Of a stretch of 64,000 nucleotides of DNA, positions 32,332 through 41,983 are shown one piece after another. A program made the translations under genes and the position numbers. Origin of the DNA: a virus; IMG/VR virus record IMGVR_UViG_3300007517_000005, positions 21,512-85,511 of that record, one strand, 5' to 3'. Within the stretch, counting starts at the first letter, position 1; each line of letters opens with the position of its first letter. Below the pieces are notes generated by a model, which was not told the DNA's origin, did no database searches, and worked only from the letters and a program-made list of their open reading frames with translations.

Positions 32332-33093
32332 ATGTTTAATATATCACTGACCACCGCTACATACAACCCGACGGCAGCTACAGGCATCAAGAGAGCCATC
32401 TACACCTACTCTCAAGATAATAGGGTTATTAAGTCATCCTCCAAGAAGAGAGTCCTTAAGCTGCGTGGGAAGAGGGTTGCTAATGGCCCCCTATATAATA
32501 ATGAATCCCTACGCGCACCATTAGATGAGATATCTACTTCTATACTCACGATAGTCGGTGTACTGTATATGGGTGCAGAGAGGAAGTCTACAGTGCCTGT
32601 ACAGTGGGTGCAAGATAGACGTGGTAACTGGAGACGGGCTATCACACAGAAGGCATTCAGAGCTCTTCCACAGTACATGCAGCAGATCGCTATAGATAAA
32701 GGCGTGGATGTTAGAGGGAGTGTTACCTTCTCACGCTGCGTAATGGCGTGGGCTGGTATTACTGTCAGTGGTCTCGATGTACACCACGTCAATATGGATA
32801 CTACAGATGACCGTCTCGGGAACTTACAGGCATTAACTAAGGCTGAACATGCTGCCGCACATGCTGATAAGGATGACCTCCTATGGGATGCTGATTGGTA
32901 CGAGTACAACTCATACTGTGAAGGACTGCTGCGTATTAATCAGACCTTCTTATTGAGTGATGAGGATATCGCAGTAGCTATAGCGGCTGCATTAGAGCCT
33001 CCTACACACGAGATAGAAGAACTATCTGATGCTGATCGGTGGGACCTGGCATGGGCTGCAATGTGGGCTGACGAAGAGATAGAGATAATGTAA
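32332..33093 (+). CDS. HNH endonuclease
   Basis: DVHHVNMDTTDDRLGNLQALTKAEH; acidic tail. Confidence 0.8.
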   Translation: MFNISLTTATYNPTAATGIKRAIYTYSQDNRVIKSSSKKRVLKLRGKRVANGPLYNNESLRAPLDEISTSILTIVGVLYMGAERKSTVPVQWVQDRRGNWRRAITQKAFRALPQYMQQIAIDKGVDVRGSVTFSRCVMAWAGITVSGLDVHHVNMDTTDDRLGNLQALTKAEHAAAHADKDDLLWDADWYEYNSYCEGLLRINQTFLLSDEDIAVAIAAALEPPTHEIEELSDADRWDLAWAAMWADEEIEIM

Positions 33094-33110
33094 CTACTAC
33101 AAAGAGAGAT

Positions 33111-33701
33111 ATGAATATAACTGGACGATGGGATGCTGTGAGCCTGACGGGAGAAGGGACCGGCCCTTACATTACTGTCACTGGTGAGACACTCACGACT
33201 ACTATTACCATAGATAATGATAGGCAAGTTAGTATTAATATCATTGATCTGTCCAGCCCATTAGGTGTTGGGGTAGATGTAGATACAGCGTATGAGGCAG
33301 TGATTGGCCTTGAGGCGCAGCTAACTCAAGTCTTCAGTGTATGGTCGATAGAGCAGTACCTCAAGGATAAACTACTATCACAAGTATCATTGGTAGGCTG
33401 GGGTGGCCGTAACTGGCTACTACAGTGTAATGATGAAGGACTATATTGGCAGCTATTACTTAAACCTGGTAGACGAGCTAATATAACCGTCACAGTCTAC
33501 CTAGACATAGATCTAGATGCTTACTTAAATCTTCATGAGCGTACTGTAACTAGACGATATATATGCCTTGAAGCTAGAGATATCCATGGGGTAGTGGCAG
33601 AGATACACGCAATAGATATCCCCAAAGATGTACTGATTATAGATGATCAATTAGTTAGGGACTACTTACCCCAGGATTATATAGCGGTTAAAGATGTCTG
33701 A
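33111..33701 (+). CDS. Hypothetical protein
   Basis: Co-directional run, short spacers. Confidence 0.55.
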   Translation: MNITGRWDAVSLTGEGTGPYITVTGETLTTTITIDNDRQVSINIIDLSSPLGVGVDVDTAYEAVIGLEAQLTQVFSVWSIEQYLKDKLLSQVSLVGWGGRNWLLQCNDEGLYWQLLLKPGRRANITVTVYLDIDLDAYLNLHERTVTRRYICLEARDIHGVVAEIHAIDIPKDVLIIDDQLVRDYLPQDYIAVKDV

Positions 33702-33713
33702 TAGGTAATAGAT

Positions 33714-34235
33714 ATGGCAAAGCTATGGTTGGTAGGGCGTACAGATACCACGAGGAATGAGTACCTTGAGATGGTTGTATCTGCAGGTACGAGAGAGCAG
33801 GTACTGAGTATTAATCCCAACAATGGGAAGGTTATAGAGTTATATAAGGATGGTAGTGGTTACTACTGTGCGGGGTGGACTGATCCCGAACACCTAACTA
33901 TAGAATGTATTGGTGCCTCAGTACATACAAGTAACCGCCTCATACTAACATCATGGAATGAAGGGGAGAATGGCACACCCTCACCACCATATACTAAGGG
34001 GGGAGTACAAGATACTATCACTAACTTATACCTAGTAGATAGGGGGTTCTGTATCTATTACTCCTTTAATAAGGTACTCATTGCTTGTGATAGTTTAGAG
34101 AGTACAACTGCTACATCATTACTAAATGAGATGTTGGGTATCAACTGGTACCAGGAACGGTTCGCATATATAGAGTGCGTTGGTACGACCAATATACACG
34201 GCATAGTATTAGCATCTTACGGGGCTGGCTCATGA
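33714..34235 (+). CDS. Hypothetical protein with two copies of the 25671-type domain
   Basis: LWLVGRTD..IECIG and LYLVDRG..IECVG. Confidence 0.6.
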   Translation: MAKLWLVGRTDTTRNEYLEMVVSAGTREQVLSINPNNGKVIELYKDGSGYYCAGWTDPEHLTIECIGASVHTSNRLILTSWNEGENGTPSPPYTKGGVQDTITNLYLVDRGFCIYYSFNKVLIACDSLESTTATSLLNEMLGINWYQERFAYIECVGTTNIHGIVLASYGAGS

Positions 34236-34615
34236 ACATAACTAAGCTCAAAGAGATAATCTACTGGAGTCTTGAGGGTGTACAGGTGCCGCGAGCCACG
34301 CCCCTTCTTGAGGTATTGACACACATCAAGTGCCATACTACAGCGCCCCTATTAAGGAGTCCTAGAAAGCCACGCCTACGTGAGCACTACTCTGTAAATC
34401 CCACAGTATCTATATATATTAAGGGGGTTAATAATGCCATTGACTCAACCATCGTATACAAGAGTAATGGCTACGTAGATATAGAATCATTAATGCCTGA
34501 TATACAGTTATGGATAGAGGAGAACCATAGCATTAGTAATTGGGAGAGAGAGTCGCGGGAGTATGATAGGGTCACCAACTACCACCTAAATGGTATCGAT
34601 TACCCCAACATATAA
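34232..34615 (+). CDS. Hypothetical protein
   Basis: ATGA overlap with the upstream gene. Confidence 0.55.
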   Translation: MNITKLKEIIYWSLEGVQVPRATPLLEVLTHIKCHTTAPLLRSPRKPRLREHYSVNPTVSIYIKGVNNAIDSTIVYKSNGYVDIESLMPDIQLWIEENHSISNWERESREYDRVTNYHLNGIDYPNI

Positions 34616-34861
34616 CAACCCCTTACTTATCTCTCAAGGAGACTACGGGGGTACCGATACGTAGTGAACTACCAGCAACAATAGTAGATATCAAGGTATG
34701 TAAGCTAGGGGGTAGTATCCATATATACTATGGGGATAATGAGTGGAACTATAACATAGAGTTCCCAATAACAGTGCAGCGGATACTGGAAGCCATCCAC
34801 ACTAACTATAAAGGGGCTAGAGACGTACCCTCTATATTCTAAAGGTATAACAGGGAGAGAT

Positions 34862-35656
34862 ATGTCTGATTACTCTGGGGATGCCACATTAGAGGATTGG
34901 TTGAGTAAGGAAGTATTCAATAGCCCGGTACCTAAAGAAGTAGTAGATAAGTTCAAGGGGTACCGCACGGGTATAGAGAATGATGTAGGGGCCTGGATAA
35001 GTCAATCATATGATGAATGGCACATAGGTTGGAGGAGTTGGGGTAGGGGGTACAATACAGTGGACGAGGAGTTTGAGGTAATAGTACAATCATGTATCGC
35101 ACAAGTAACTAAGTACAAACTATCACAGGTAGACATGGCTAGATATACAGGCAAGGCTACATTAGAGGATTGGTTATCTATAGAGGTATTTAAATGCCCC
35201 ATCCCTAAAGAAGTAGTAGATAGATTCGAGGTGTACCGCACACGTGTAGAGGATGATGTACAAGCTTGGATAGATCAGAGTACAACCCACCGTCAAGGAT
35301 GGAACTTATGGGGCAGGGGGCGCGATGACTTAGATCACTCGTTCTATGAGTTAGTAGAAGTATGCACCCCTTATGTTGAGGCGTATATAGAGTTCCATGG
35401 ATTACCTAGACATGATTGTACTATGAGCCTGTACATAGTATTAGGTACACCAGGAGTAGTATCAGAAGCAATGCTTGTAATGGCAGATACATTGGAGCAG
35501 GCATTAGATTATAGTTGCCACATGACAGGCAATGATAGGGCTAGTGCTAAGGGGTACTTAATGTGCGATGTCAATGGTGAGGCGCAGCACCTATACGGTA
35601 ATGTATCTAAGGCTTTGCAAGAGTATGTACAGATCCATAATGCAGGATTATTATGA
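34862..35656 (+). CDS. Hypothetical protein with internal domain duplication
   Basis: ATLEDWLSxEVFxxPxPKEVVDxF occurs twice; GGGAG RBS. Confidence 0.65.
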   Translation: MSDYSGDATLEDWLSKEVFNSPVPKEVVDKFKGYRTGIENDVGAWISQSYDEWHIGWRSWGRGYNTVDEEFEVIVQSCIAQVTKYKLSQVDMARYTGKATLEDWLSIEVFKCPIPKEVVDRFEVYRTRVEDDVQAWIDQSTTHRQGWNLWGRGRDDLDHSFYELVEVCTPYVEAYIEFHGLPRHDCTMSLYIVLGTPGVVSEAMLVMADTLEQALDYSCHMTGNDRASAKGYLMCDVNGEAQHLYGNVSKALQEYVQIHNAGLL

Positions 35657-35820
35657 TAGATAGTATACCGGGTACATTAGAAGTAGAGTGGTGTATCTCA
35701 ATGTACATAGTAACAATACACACATGACTCTAGCCGGTATCAAGGTACCAGAAGGCGTGATATCCAATCAGACCATAAAGGACTTCATGATATCAGATGA
35801 ATACGTACAGTACATAGTAA

Positions 35821-36120
35821 ATGACCAATGAGGTAATAGACATGCAGATAGTTGTAATGATAGCGATAGTAGCAGCGGTGTGGGCAGCCCTCGCCCCAGG
35901 TAAGGCCCCACGTAAGAAATCAGGTGTACCGTCTAGTATGGCAAGGATACGCAAGCTAGAAGGGTTAAGGAATAGGGGGGCCTTAGTTATGAAACTAGGG
36001 CGAGGTACTAATAGTGTGGAGGTAATAACCAGAGATAGTAGGAAGATATTAGATGAGCTAATAGAACAGGAGAAGGATGGCCTGATTAATATATTCAAGG
36101 GGGAGGAATACAATGATTAA
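35821..36120 (+). CDS. Small membrane-anchored protein
   Basis: Hydrophobic IVVMIAIVAAVWAAL; true start may be the second Met after GAGG. Confidence 0.5.
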   Translation: MTNEVIDMQIVVMIAIVAAVWAALAPGKAPRKKSGVPSSMARIRKLEGLRNRGALVMKLGRGTNSVEVITRDSRKILDELIEQEKDGLINIFKGEEYND

Positions 36121-36424
36121 TGACATCAGGCAGTGGGTACAGGAGAATGACCACTTATCATTAATGTGGTGTAATGGAGATGAATTACAGTTCAAAGATG
36201 GCATACATTATTACCGCATCTTGCACGATGCAATAGATGTAGCAATAATAGAAGGATTCTGTAGATGGGGGCCCGATACCAAATACTACATGATGTACAC
36301 GCCTTACTCTAAAGAAGAGCTAGTACGACTAACTAAAGTATGTAGGTACTTAACACAGCATGTAGTGAACACACAAAGTACTGAGATAGACTTAGCAGAT
36401 CTAATGGATATAATCAACCAATAA
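36113..36424 (+). CDS. Hypothetical protein
   Basis: GGAGG RBS, overlaps the upstream stop. Confidence 0.55.
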   Translation: MINDIRQWVQENDHLSLMWCNGDELQFKDGIHYYRILHDAIDVAIIEGFCRWGPDTKYYMMYTPYSKEELVRLTKVCRYLTQHVVNTQSTEIDLADLMDIINQ

Positions 36425-36436
36425 AAAGAGAGAGCC

Positions 36437-37018
36437 ATGAGTAATCAACAGACCGGTACTACTACAGAACTACCAGTATATGCACCTTCATCATGGAAGT
36501 TAAATGCAAGTACGTCATTAGAGAGTACACCTGCGCTATCACCAGGGCGGCAATTAATAGCCTTAGTGGGTAAGAAGAATACGGGTAAGCACACGTACTT
36601 AACGGACTACTACAAGAGTCTTAGTAATGGGGTGTACGAGTATTTAGCATATGAGAGATCTCTTGAGGAGAATGGCATACACCCCCATGAGCAAGTAGAG
36701 TACGTCAATCAATTAAGAGTGAGTGGGGAGTATACGCCAACGCACGATGTATTACCAGACCCTTACATGTTCGTGACGTACAGCCCTTATATACTGGATG
36801 GCATAGGGTGGGATGAGGCACACAATGTAATCTTCTTCCACAGATGTGGGAAGGGTAGATTCTACCGTGGGTCATTACTATGTAACCCCACATTCATGAG
36901 TAGCTTAACGAGGATGAGGAGTGTACTAACCCTCGGCCAGTTCTGGTACACACAGGGTGAGGCATGGTTAGAGGAGTGTGGCGAGGATGTAACAGACATA
37001 GGTTTAGTACTACCATAG
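36437..37018 (+). CDS. Miniature degenerate ABC/AAA_21-type ATPase-like protein
   Basis: ALVGKKNTGKHT (Walker A-like), LEENGIHP (D-loop-like), FVTYSPYILD (THSP-like), LGQFW. Confidence 0.5.
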   Translation: MSNQQTGTTTELPVYAPSSWKLNASTSLESTPALSPGRQLIALVGKKNTGKHTYLTDYYKSLSNGVYEYLAYERSLEENGIHPHEQVEYVNQLRVSGEYTPTHDVLPDPYMFVTYSPYILDGIGWDEAHNVIFFHRCGKGRFYRGSLLCNPTFMSSLTRMRSVLTLGQFWYTQGEAWLEECGEDVTDIGLVLP

Positions 37019-37300
37019 GACATTGTAAGACCAGTATGCCGCCTGTAGTTTATTCTTATAGGCGGGCTTACCATCTTTAGTCTTAATAGCCGCATGCCTA
37101 GAGCGATAATTAGCCCTACGTTTAGGGTCGCGGTGAAGGGTGTAATCACTCATCGTGCTATCGCCGAAGTGTAGTAATCGGCAGTTATCACCTATGCAGG
37201 CAAATACTGCCTTCTTCTTACCAGTACGACAACTCTTGACGGGGGTATTGGGTGTCATGCGCCTCTTCGTACCAGGGATTAATGGTGGTGTACGTTTCAT
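37010..37300 (-). CDS. Small basic phage protein (DUF5754-like)
   Basis: KKKAV..HFGDSTMSDYTLHRDPKRRANYRSRH..AAYWS..LW. Confidence 0.65.
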   Translation of the reverse strand: MKRTPPLIPGTKRRMTPNTPVKSCRTGKKKAVFACIGDNCRLLHFGDSTMSDYTLHRDPKRRANYRSRHAAIKTKDGKPAYKNKLQAAYWSYNVLW

Positions 37301-37351
37301 GTAAACAATCTATATAGTAATACACAATGCAAGCAGTAATGGAGGGGTGAT

Positions 37352-37720
37352 ATGCAAGCAAGTAATAAAGGGGCCGGCCCCCATAATATAAGAGATAACA
37401 ATAGGTCGTTAGCACTCCCGACAGGGAGGTATAGCTGTAATAGCCAAGAAGTGCCGTGCCGCGACCTGGAGACGGTACCTATTGCGGATAGTGATTACCT
37501 TGAGGATATATTAAAGGGTGCAGATGAAGAGACACTAGCAAGTATATTAGAATGTACTGTAGAGGAGTTATATGAGCTCCTAGCGGGTGATAAGGAACTA
37601 ACCATGGAACACATAGATAATCTATCTGATAGTTATGACAGTACGCTAGGGAGTGTATTCAGGGTGGCATGTCAGCTAGCTAATGCAATCAATAATCATA
37701 CGTCAGGAACCTCAGCCTAA
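37352..37720 (+). CDS. XRE-like HTH protein with in-frame family C element
   Basis: LASILECTVEELYELLAGDKELT; element at 37403-37430; last five codons come from the adjacent miniature IS. Confidence 0.5.
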   Translation: MQASNKGAGPHNIRDNNRSLALPTGRYSCNSQEVPCRDLETVPIADSDYLEDILKGADEETLASILECTVEELYELLAGDKELTMEHIDNLSDSYDSTLGSVFRVACQLANAINNHTSGTSA

Positions 37721-37790
37721 AGGTATGAGGCTTGAAAGAGTAATCTAACAAGCCGTCCTATAAGGACGGGGTTTCTACCCAATTAACAAT
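37702..37790 (+). mobile_element. 89-bp miniature derivative of an IscB-type IS200/IS605 element
   Basis: GTCAGGAACCTCAGCCTAAAGGTATGAGGCTTG start, CCGTCCTATAAGGACGG hairpin, ends before ATGA; removal restores an ATGA stop/start overlap. Confidence 0.72.
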
Positions 37791-38135
37791 ATGACGTGGG
37801 GTCTATTCTGGCACATGAATAAGGGATATAAAGACATGAGAGATAGCCGCATAAGTAGAGATGATCTGCATAGGTTACATAATCTGAATGTACTATTTAG
37901 CACGGTGCTAGATGTAATAGATGATTGGGATAGGGTAAACCCAGACGCTACTAAAGAAGATAGGGAGGCTTATAGAGATCATACGTTCAGTATAACGTGG
38001 GATCTATTCTGGCACATAAATAGTAGTATCACGGTATCTGTTGATTATTATGACCCAGACACCACCTGCGAAGAAGACATGAGAGCTAGGTTAGATACAT
38101 ACAATAGTGCAAGTCAATCACGGGCATATAATTAG
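37791..38135 (+). CDS. Hypothetical protein
   Basis: ORF; TWxLFWH repeated twice. Confidence 0.5.
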   Translation: MTWGLFWHMNKGYKDMRDSRISRDDLHRLHNLNVLFSTVLDVIDDWDRVNPDATKEDREAYRDHTFSITWDLFWHINSSITVSVDYYDPDTTCEEDMRARLDTYNSASQSRAYN

Positions 38136-38254
38136 AACTTGCCCAGATAGTGTGCTATAGTCATCATTAGTATGATGTGTGGGAGTACTAGCTTGTAGTG
38201 TATATCCTTCTCCCTGGAGAGGGTGTACACTAAGGCATGGGCTCAACCCACTAA

Positions 38255-38326
38255 TGCTGGGTAGCACAGTGGCAGTGCGCTTGATTGTTACTCAAGATGT
38301 CGTAGGTTCAATCCCTACCCCAGCAG
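38255..38326 (+). tRNA. tRNA-Asn (GTT)
   Basis: Cloverleaf: TGCTGGG/CCCAGCA acceptor, CTTGA-TTGTTAC-TCAAG anticodon arm, GTAGG-TTCAATC-CCTAC T arm; no encoded CCA. Confidence 0.9.
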
Positions 38327-38331
38327 TTATA

Positions 38332-38363
38332 TAAAGCCGGCCTTTAATGTGGGGCCGGCTTTA
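38332..38363 (+). terminator. Hairpin after the tRNA
   Basis: TAAAGCCGGCC...GGCCGGCTTTA. Confidence 0.55.
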
Positions 38364-38457
38364 TAGTGCCGTGACTACGCCCCTTCAAGATAGTAATGGA
38401 GAACTCTGATGCAATTATCTGATGAAGAAGAGCAGTTAATATAAAGGTAATACAGCC

Positions 38458-39013
38458 ATGAGTAATAGATGGAAGACACCTATACATTTAGCAACGCTGT
38501 GAGTGTAGCGATTTAGAGTACTGGAATAACTTTATCCCATACGAGGATAAGGTAGCTGTACTCAATAGTAATACCAAGCAGGATCTAATAAGAGCTATGG
38601 TAGATTACCAGTACAATACATTCTGCAGGGCCATGGAGAGGCAGATACCAGTGAGTCAACCCAGCGGTAAGGTAATACCCTACATAGGTTCATTCTGGAG
38701 GGATATAGAGTGGAGTAGTAGTCGTCAGACTGTGCGTGACGGTAGTAGCACTAATATACACATAGGAAGAATAGTAGAAGATGGTAATGAGCCTCCTGAA
38801 CAAGGGTCGCCCTTCATAGGCTTCATGGCCAATAATAAGTGGGGGTACCCTGAACGTACACTCACTGCTGAGGAGAGGGCACATGTCATCTCCCTATTAT
38901 ATACAGCCATGCTCTCTGATAATAAGGTTGTCAAGGCAGGTACACTACAACACTTATGGGAGTACATGCAGACGTTGAGTGTAGAGTATGAGAAAGGGTA
39001 CGGGCCCCAGTGA
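38458..39013 (+). pseudogene. Gene frameshifted by a 25-bp family A element
   Basis: Removing 38491-38515 (ATTTA duplicated) joins MSNRWKTPIHL in frame to EYWNNF... and ORF 38597-39013. Confidence 0.7.
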
Positions 39014-39025
39014 GACGGCTAGGTT

Positions 39026-39238
39026 CTACTTCTTCTTCATACCCATGAGGACGAAGTAGAACCTAGCCTGCTGCCCCCTCAATCCTTTATCCCCCCTATG
39101 TTTCTGTGCGTACTCTGCAACAGACATACCCGCTCCTTTAGCAGCCTTTGTGAGGGCACCGGGCCTCTTTACAGAATCCTTTATCGATAACTTCTTCTTC
39201 TTAACCATGATCACATCCCCTATCACAAATGAGTACAT
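39026..39238 (-). CDS. Small basic protein
   Basis: IKDSVKRPGALTKAAK..GQQARF pattern seen in phage small proteins. Confidence 0.55.
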   Translation of the reverse strand: MYSFVIGDVIMVKKKKLSIKDSVKRPGALTKAAKGAGMSVAEYAQKHRGDKGLRGQQARFYFVLMGMKKK

Positions 39239-39671
39239 ACAGACTTACATGAGTGCCAACCCCTTATATGTACTAGAGACAGATTGCTGTCATGTAAGCA
39301 CAGGCATTGGGGGCTGGCCCTCCGTTACCGCAACCAAAGAGAGGATATGTATACTACCACCTGAGCATACCTGGTTACTAGATATACAGGAAATGGGAAT
39401 GTGCTGGGACTTCAAGGTACATATATTCCATTACGTTAATACAGCCGCAGGTGAGTCTATAACGGACTTACAGGTTCGTGATAACCCCCATAGGTTCTAC
39501 ATCAATCACCACCATACCAGTCCCAATACACTCTATACAGTACTACCTATATTATTGTTTAATAGAGTAGAAGTGTTAAGTGCACACAACCCTGCTGATA
39601 TAATAATAATGAGCCGCACAAGTACATATAAACTACCACCCCTATTAGATATGAGTGACTCCCCATGGTAA
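39150..39671 (+). CDS. Hypothetical protein, paralog of the next gene; true start probably downstream
   Basis: ICILPPEHTWLLD..IFHYV versus IAVLPPAYRWLLD..IYHYV. Confidence 0.6.
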   Translation: MRAPGLFTESFIDNFFFLTMITSPITNEYIQTYMSANPLYVLETDCCHVSTGIGGWPSVTATKERICILPPEHTWLLDIQEMGMCWDFKVHIFHYVNTAAGESITDLQVRDNPHRFYINHHHTSPNTLYTVLPILLFNRVEVLSAHNPADIIIMSRTSTYKLPPLLDMSDSPW

Positions 39672-40012
39672 GTATAAGTAACACAATGAATAATACAGCG
39701 GCCCTACAGACCCCATCTGACCTATACGTAATAGATATCCAATATAAGTATGTGGGAGACGATAAGGTATACAGCGGTAAGATAGCAGTACTACCACCTG
39801 CATATAGATGGTTACTAGATGCCGATACACGGGTACACCCCATACCAGAACAATGGTCTACCTTTGATAAGACCATATACCATTACGTGGATGTGGCATT
39901 GGGTGAGAACCTCATGCAATTAATACACATGAATAACGCACATGGATTCTACATCGTGGGTAATGCACGGGCCCATATCTTAACAACATACATAAAGGAG
40001 ATGAGTATATGA
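39665..40012 (+). CDS. Hypothetical protein, paralog of the previous gene
   Basis: Shared LPPxxxWLLD and HYV motifs. Confidence 0.6.
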   Translation: MVSISNTMNNTAALQTPSDLYVIDIQYKYVGDDKVYSGKIAVLPPAYRWLLDADTRVHPIPEQWSTFDKTIYHYVDVALGENLMQLIHMNNAHGFYIVGNARAHILTTYIKEMSI

Positions 40013-40251
40013 GTACAGGTGCACGGCACGTCCCTGATGCAGGTAATGACATAGAGTATGCAGTACATAATGTACTAGGTAGGGTGCGGCATAAGGCACT
40101 TGAGCTAGTGCTACACAAACATGATAATAATCCAGAGATAACTATAGACGAGGTAGAACGAGAAGCTGAGGAGATAGTAGAGTTATGGGTAAGGGATAAT
40201 ATGGTGGTGAGGGTGAATCCCATCAACAATACACCTAAAGAGGTTACATGA
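40009..40251 (+). CDS. Hypothetical protein
   Basis: ATGA overlap, GGAG RBS. Confidence 0.55.
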   Translation: MSTGARHVPDAGNDIEYAVHNVLGRVRHKALELVLHKHDNNPEITIDEVEREAEEIVELWVRDNMVVRVNPINNTPKEVT

Positions 40252-40523
40252 GTGATTCAGAACATCTAAGAGATATATTCGCACGTATACGGGGTAAGGC
40301 GTATTATACCGCTTTACTTAAGACGATGAACAGATACACCGGGCCGTTAACTCCTGAGTTAGGAGATATCATAGTAGAGGAAGCGACAGCCTTAATTGAT
40401 AAGTGGGAGCGTAAGGGAGTGTTCAAGGATAACATTACGGTCAGTGTAAGTAAAGAGTCGGGCCCCAAACACATAGATATAAGCATAGGGATATCAAATA
40501 TAACAATACCGACTGACCGTTAA
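40248..40523 (+). CDS. Hypothetical protein
   Basis: ATGA overlap, GAGG RBS. Confidence 0.55.
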   Translation: MSDSEHLRDIFARIRGKAYYTALLKTMNRYTGPLTPELGDIIVEEATALIDKWERKGVFKDNITVSVSKESGPKHIDISIGISNITIPTDR

Positions 40524-40678
40524 ACGTAAGGTCAGTGGATAATATACAGGTACTCCCTGAGCTTAGCTAAATCGTGGTATATGCCACCTACCTCTGAGGG
40601 ATATATATACATGTAGGTACCCCCCCCCCCCCTGCTGTATGTAGGCCACGCTGGTATATCATCCCACTGAGGTAGTAT

Positions 40679-41059
40679 ATGAATCTAGACAGAGTAATCA
40701 GTACGTTGAAGAGGTTCATTGGTGATGCCAATGAGTCTACCTACACACAGGTAGGCAGCATATGGTTATCGCACCACGATCGTTGTCACTTAGAAGTGGC
40801 CGCCCTCCCTGCCTTACCCATGGGCGGAGTGATGGTCACTGGTATTGCAGGTGTCTGCGTACCAGAGTTTGGTAATCAAGAGTGTACTCCCAAGTACAGT
40901 GGTCTGTACGATGAGTGCAGAGTGGCTATTCATCAGGCATTGGTGTATCCATCCCCATGTGGATACCTTCGACTATTTAAATGGTACCTCTGGATGATGT
41001 CCAGAGGTATCAATCCTATCAGTACTGTAATGGTACACAAAGGAATGTTATGTTCATAA
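40679..41059 (+). CDS. Hypothetical protein
   Basis: GAGG RBS. Confidence 0.5.
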   Translation: MNLDRVISTLKRFIGDANESTYTQVGSIWLSHHDRCHLEVAALPALPMGGVMVTGIAGVCVPEFGNQECTPKYSGLYDECRVAIHQALVYPSPCGYLRLFKWYLWMMSRGINPISTVMVHKGMLCS

Positions 41060-41246
41060 TCAAGAGTGTAGGCTTAGTTATAGGAGTATGTGTTGGTTTG
41101 TACCTCACATACTCCTTGAAAGTATATCTGGGTATCAATCTAGATATAGCAGGGGATGAGCACTTCCCTTCAGTCATTGAGAGGAAGTCTCACGGAGTGA
41201 TTAAATGTAGATGGTTCCCCAACCATCACCATTGTAAGTAGTAATA

Positions 41247-41279
41247 TAGTAGGCCCTACCCATGGGCCTATTATTGTAC
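41247..41279 (+). promoter_or_regulatory. Conserved intergenic hairpin motif, copy 1
   Basis: TAGTAGGCCC-TACCCAT-GGGCCTATTATTGTAC. Confidence 0.75.
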
Positions 41280-41296
41280 TCTATCAATTTAGTCCC

Positions 41297-41911
41297 ATGT
41301 TAGTATTAGCTCTGTCTGTTGTCTCCGTGGTATGTGTGGTATCTATTGTATCAGTCGTGTATTTGTACCAACAAGTACAGTCGATGAAAGCTCAATTGGT
41401 GGCAGCACACACCAATACCTCGTTCGATTGTCTCACTCGCACTGGTGTGCGGGTCACGTGGAAGGGCGGTCGGCAGGGATTGATCTTTATGGATCTAGAT
41501 CACATGCACGGCTTGAATAGCCTCCTAGGTTATGCACAAGTAGATGCACTGATCCACCGCGCCCTTGCTACCTTGCGTAGCACCGATGCAGTATCATCGA
41601 TCGGGCAATGGATGAGTGGTGATGAGTTCATCATCACCTGCTTTGCAGGTGAGGAAGTGGGTCTCGCCACGCGGCTGCGTGGTGTCATGAGTGATATCAC
41701 TCAAGAGTTACGGATGGATTCATCCATCCAAGCTAAGCATGCAGAGTTACTGGCTACGGATGCTCGGTATGGCATGTCAGCACCTACGTTTGCAGCCACC
41801 TATGGCTGTGTCACCACAGTGACAGGTGCATCACTAGAAACAGAGGTGAACCGCGCCTCTTTTAAGGTACAGGCTGCAAAGGCCGCCAATGATCGTGGAA
41901 CTGTAAACTAG
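41297..41911 (+). CDS. Membrane-anchored GGDEF-domain protein (diguanylate cyclase-like)
   Basis: N-terminal TM helix; DCLT, FMDLDHMHGLNSLLG..D, SGDEF. Confidence 0.8.
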   Translation: MLVLALSVVSVVCVVSIVSVVYLYQQVQSMKAQLVAAHTNTSFDCLTRTGVRVTWKGGRQGLIFMDLDHMHGLNSLLGYAQVDALIHRALATLRSTDAVSSIGQWMSGDEFIITCFAGEEVGLATRLRGVMSDITQELRMDSSIQAKHAELLATDARYGMSAPTFAATYGCVTTVTGASLETEVNRASFKVQAAKAANDRGTVN

Positions 41912-41930
41912 GCTCTGTATATTTATCTAG

Positions 41931-41963
41931 TAGTAGGCCCTACCCATGGGCCTATTATTGTAC
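41931..41963 (+). promoter_or_regulatory. Conserved intergenic hairpin motif, copy 2
   Basis: Identical to copy 1. Confidence 0.75.
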
Positions 41964-41983
41964 ATACTCAAAGGATAAAGATC

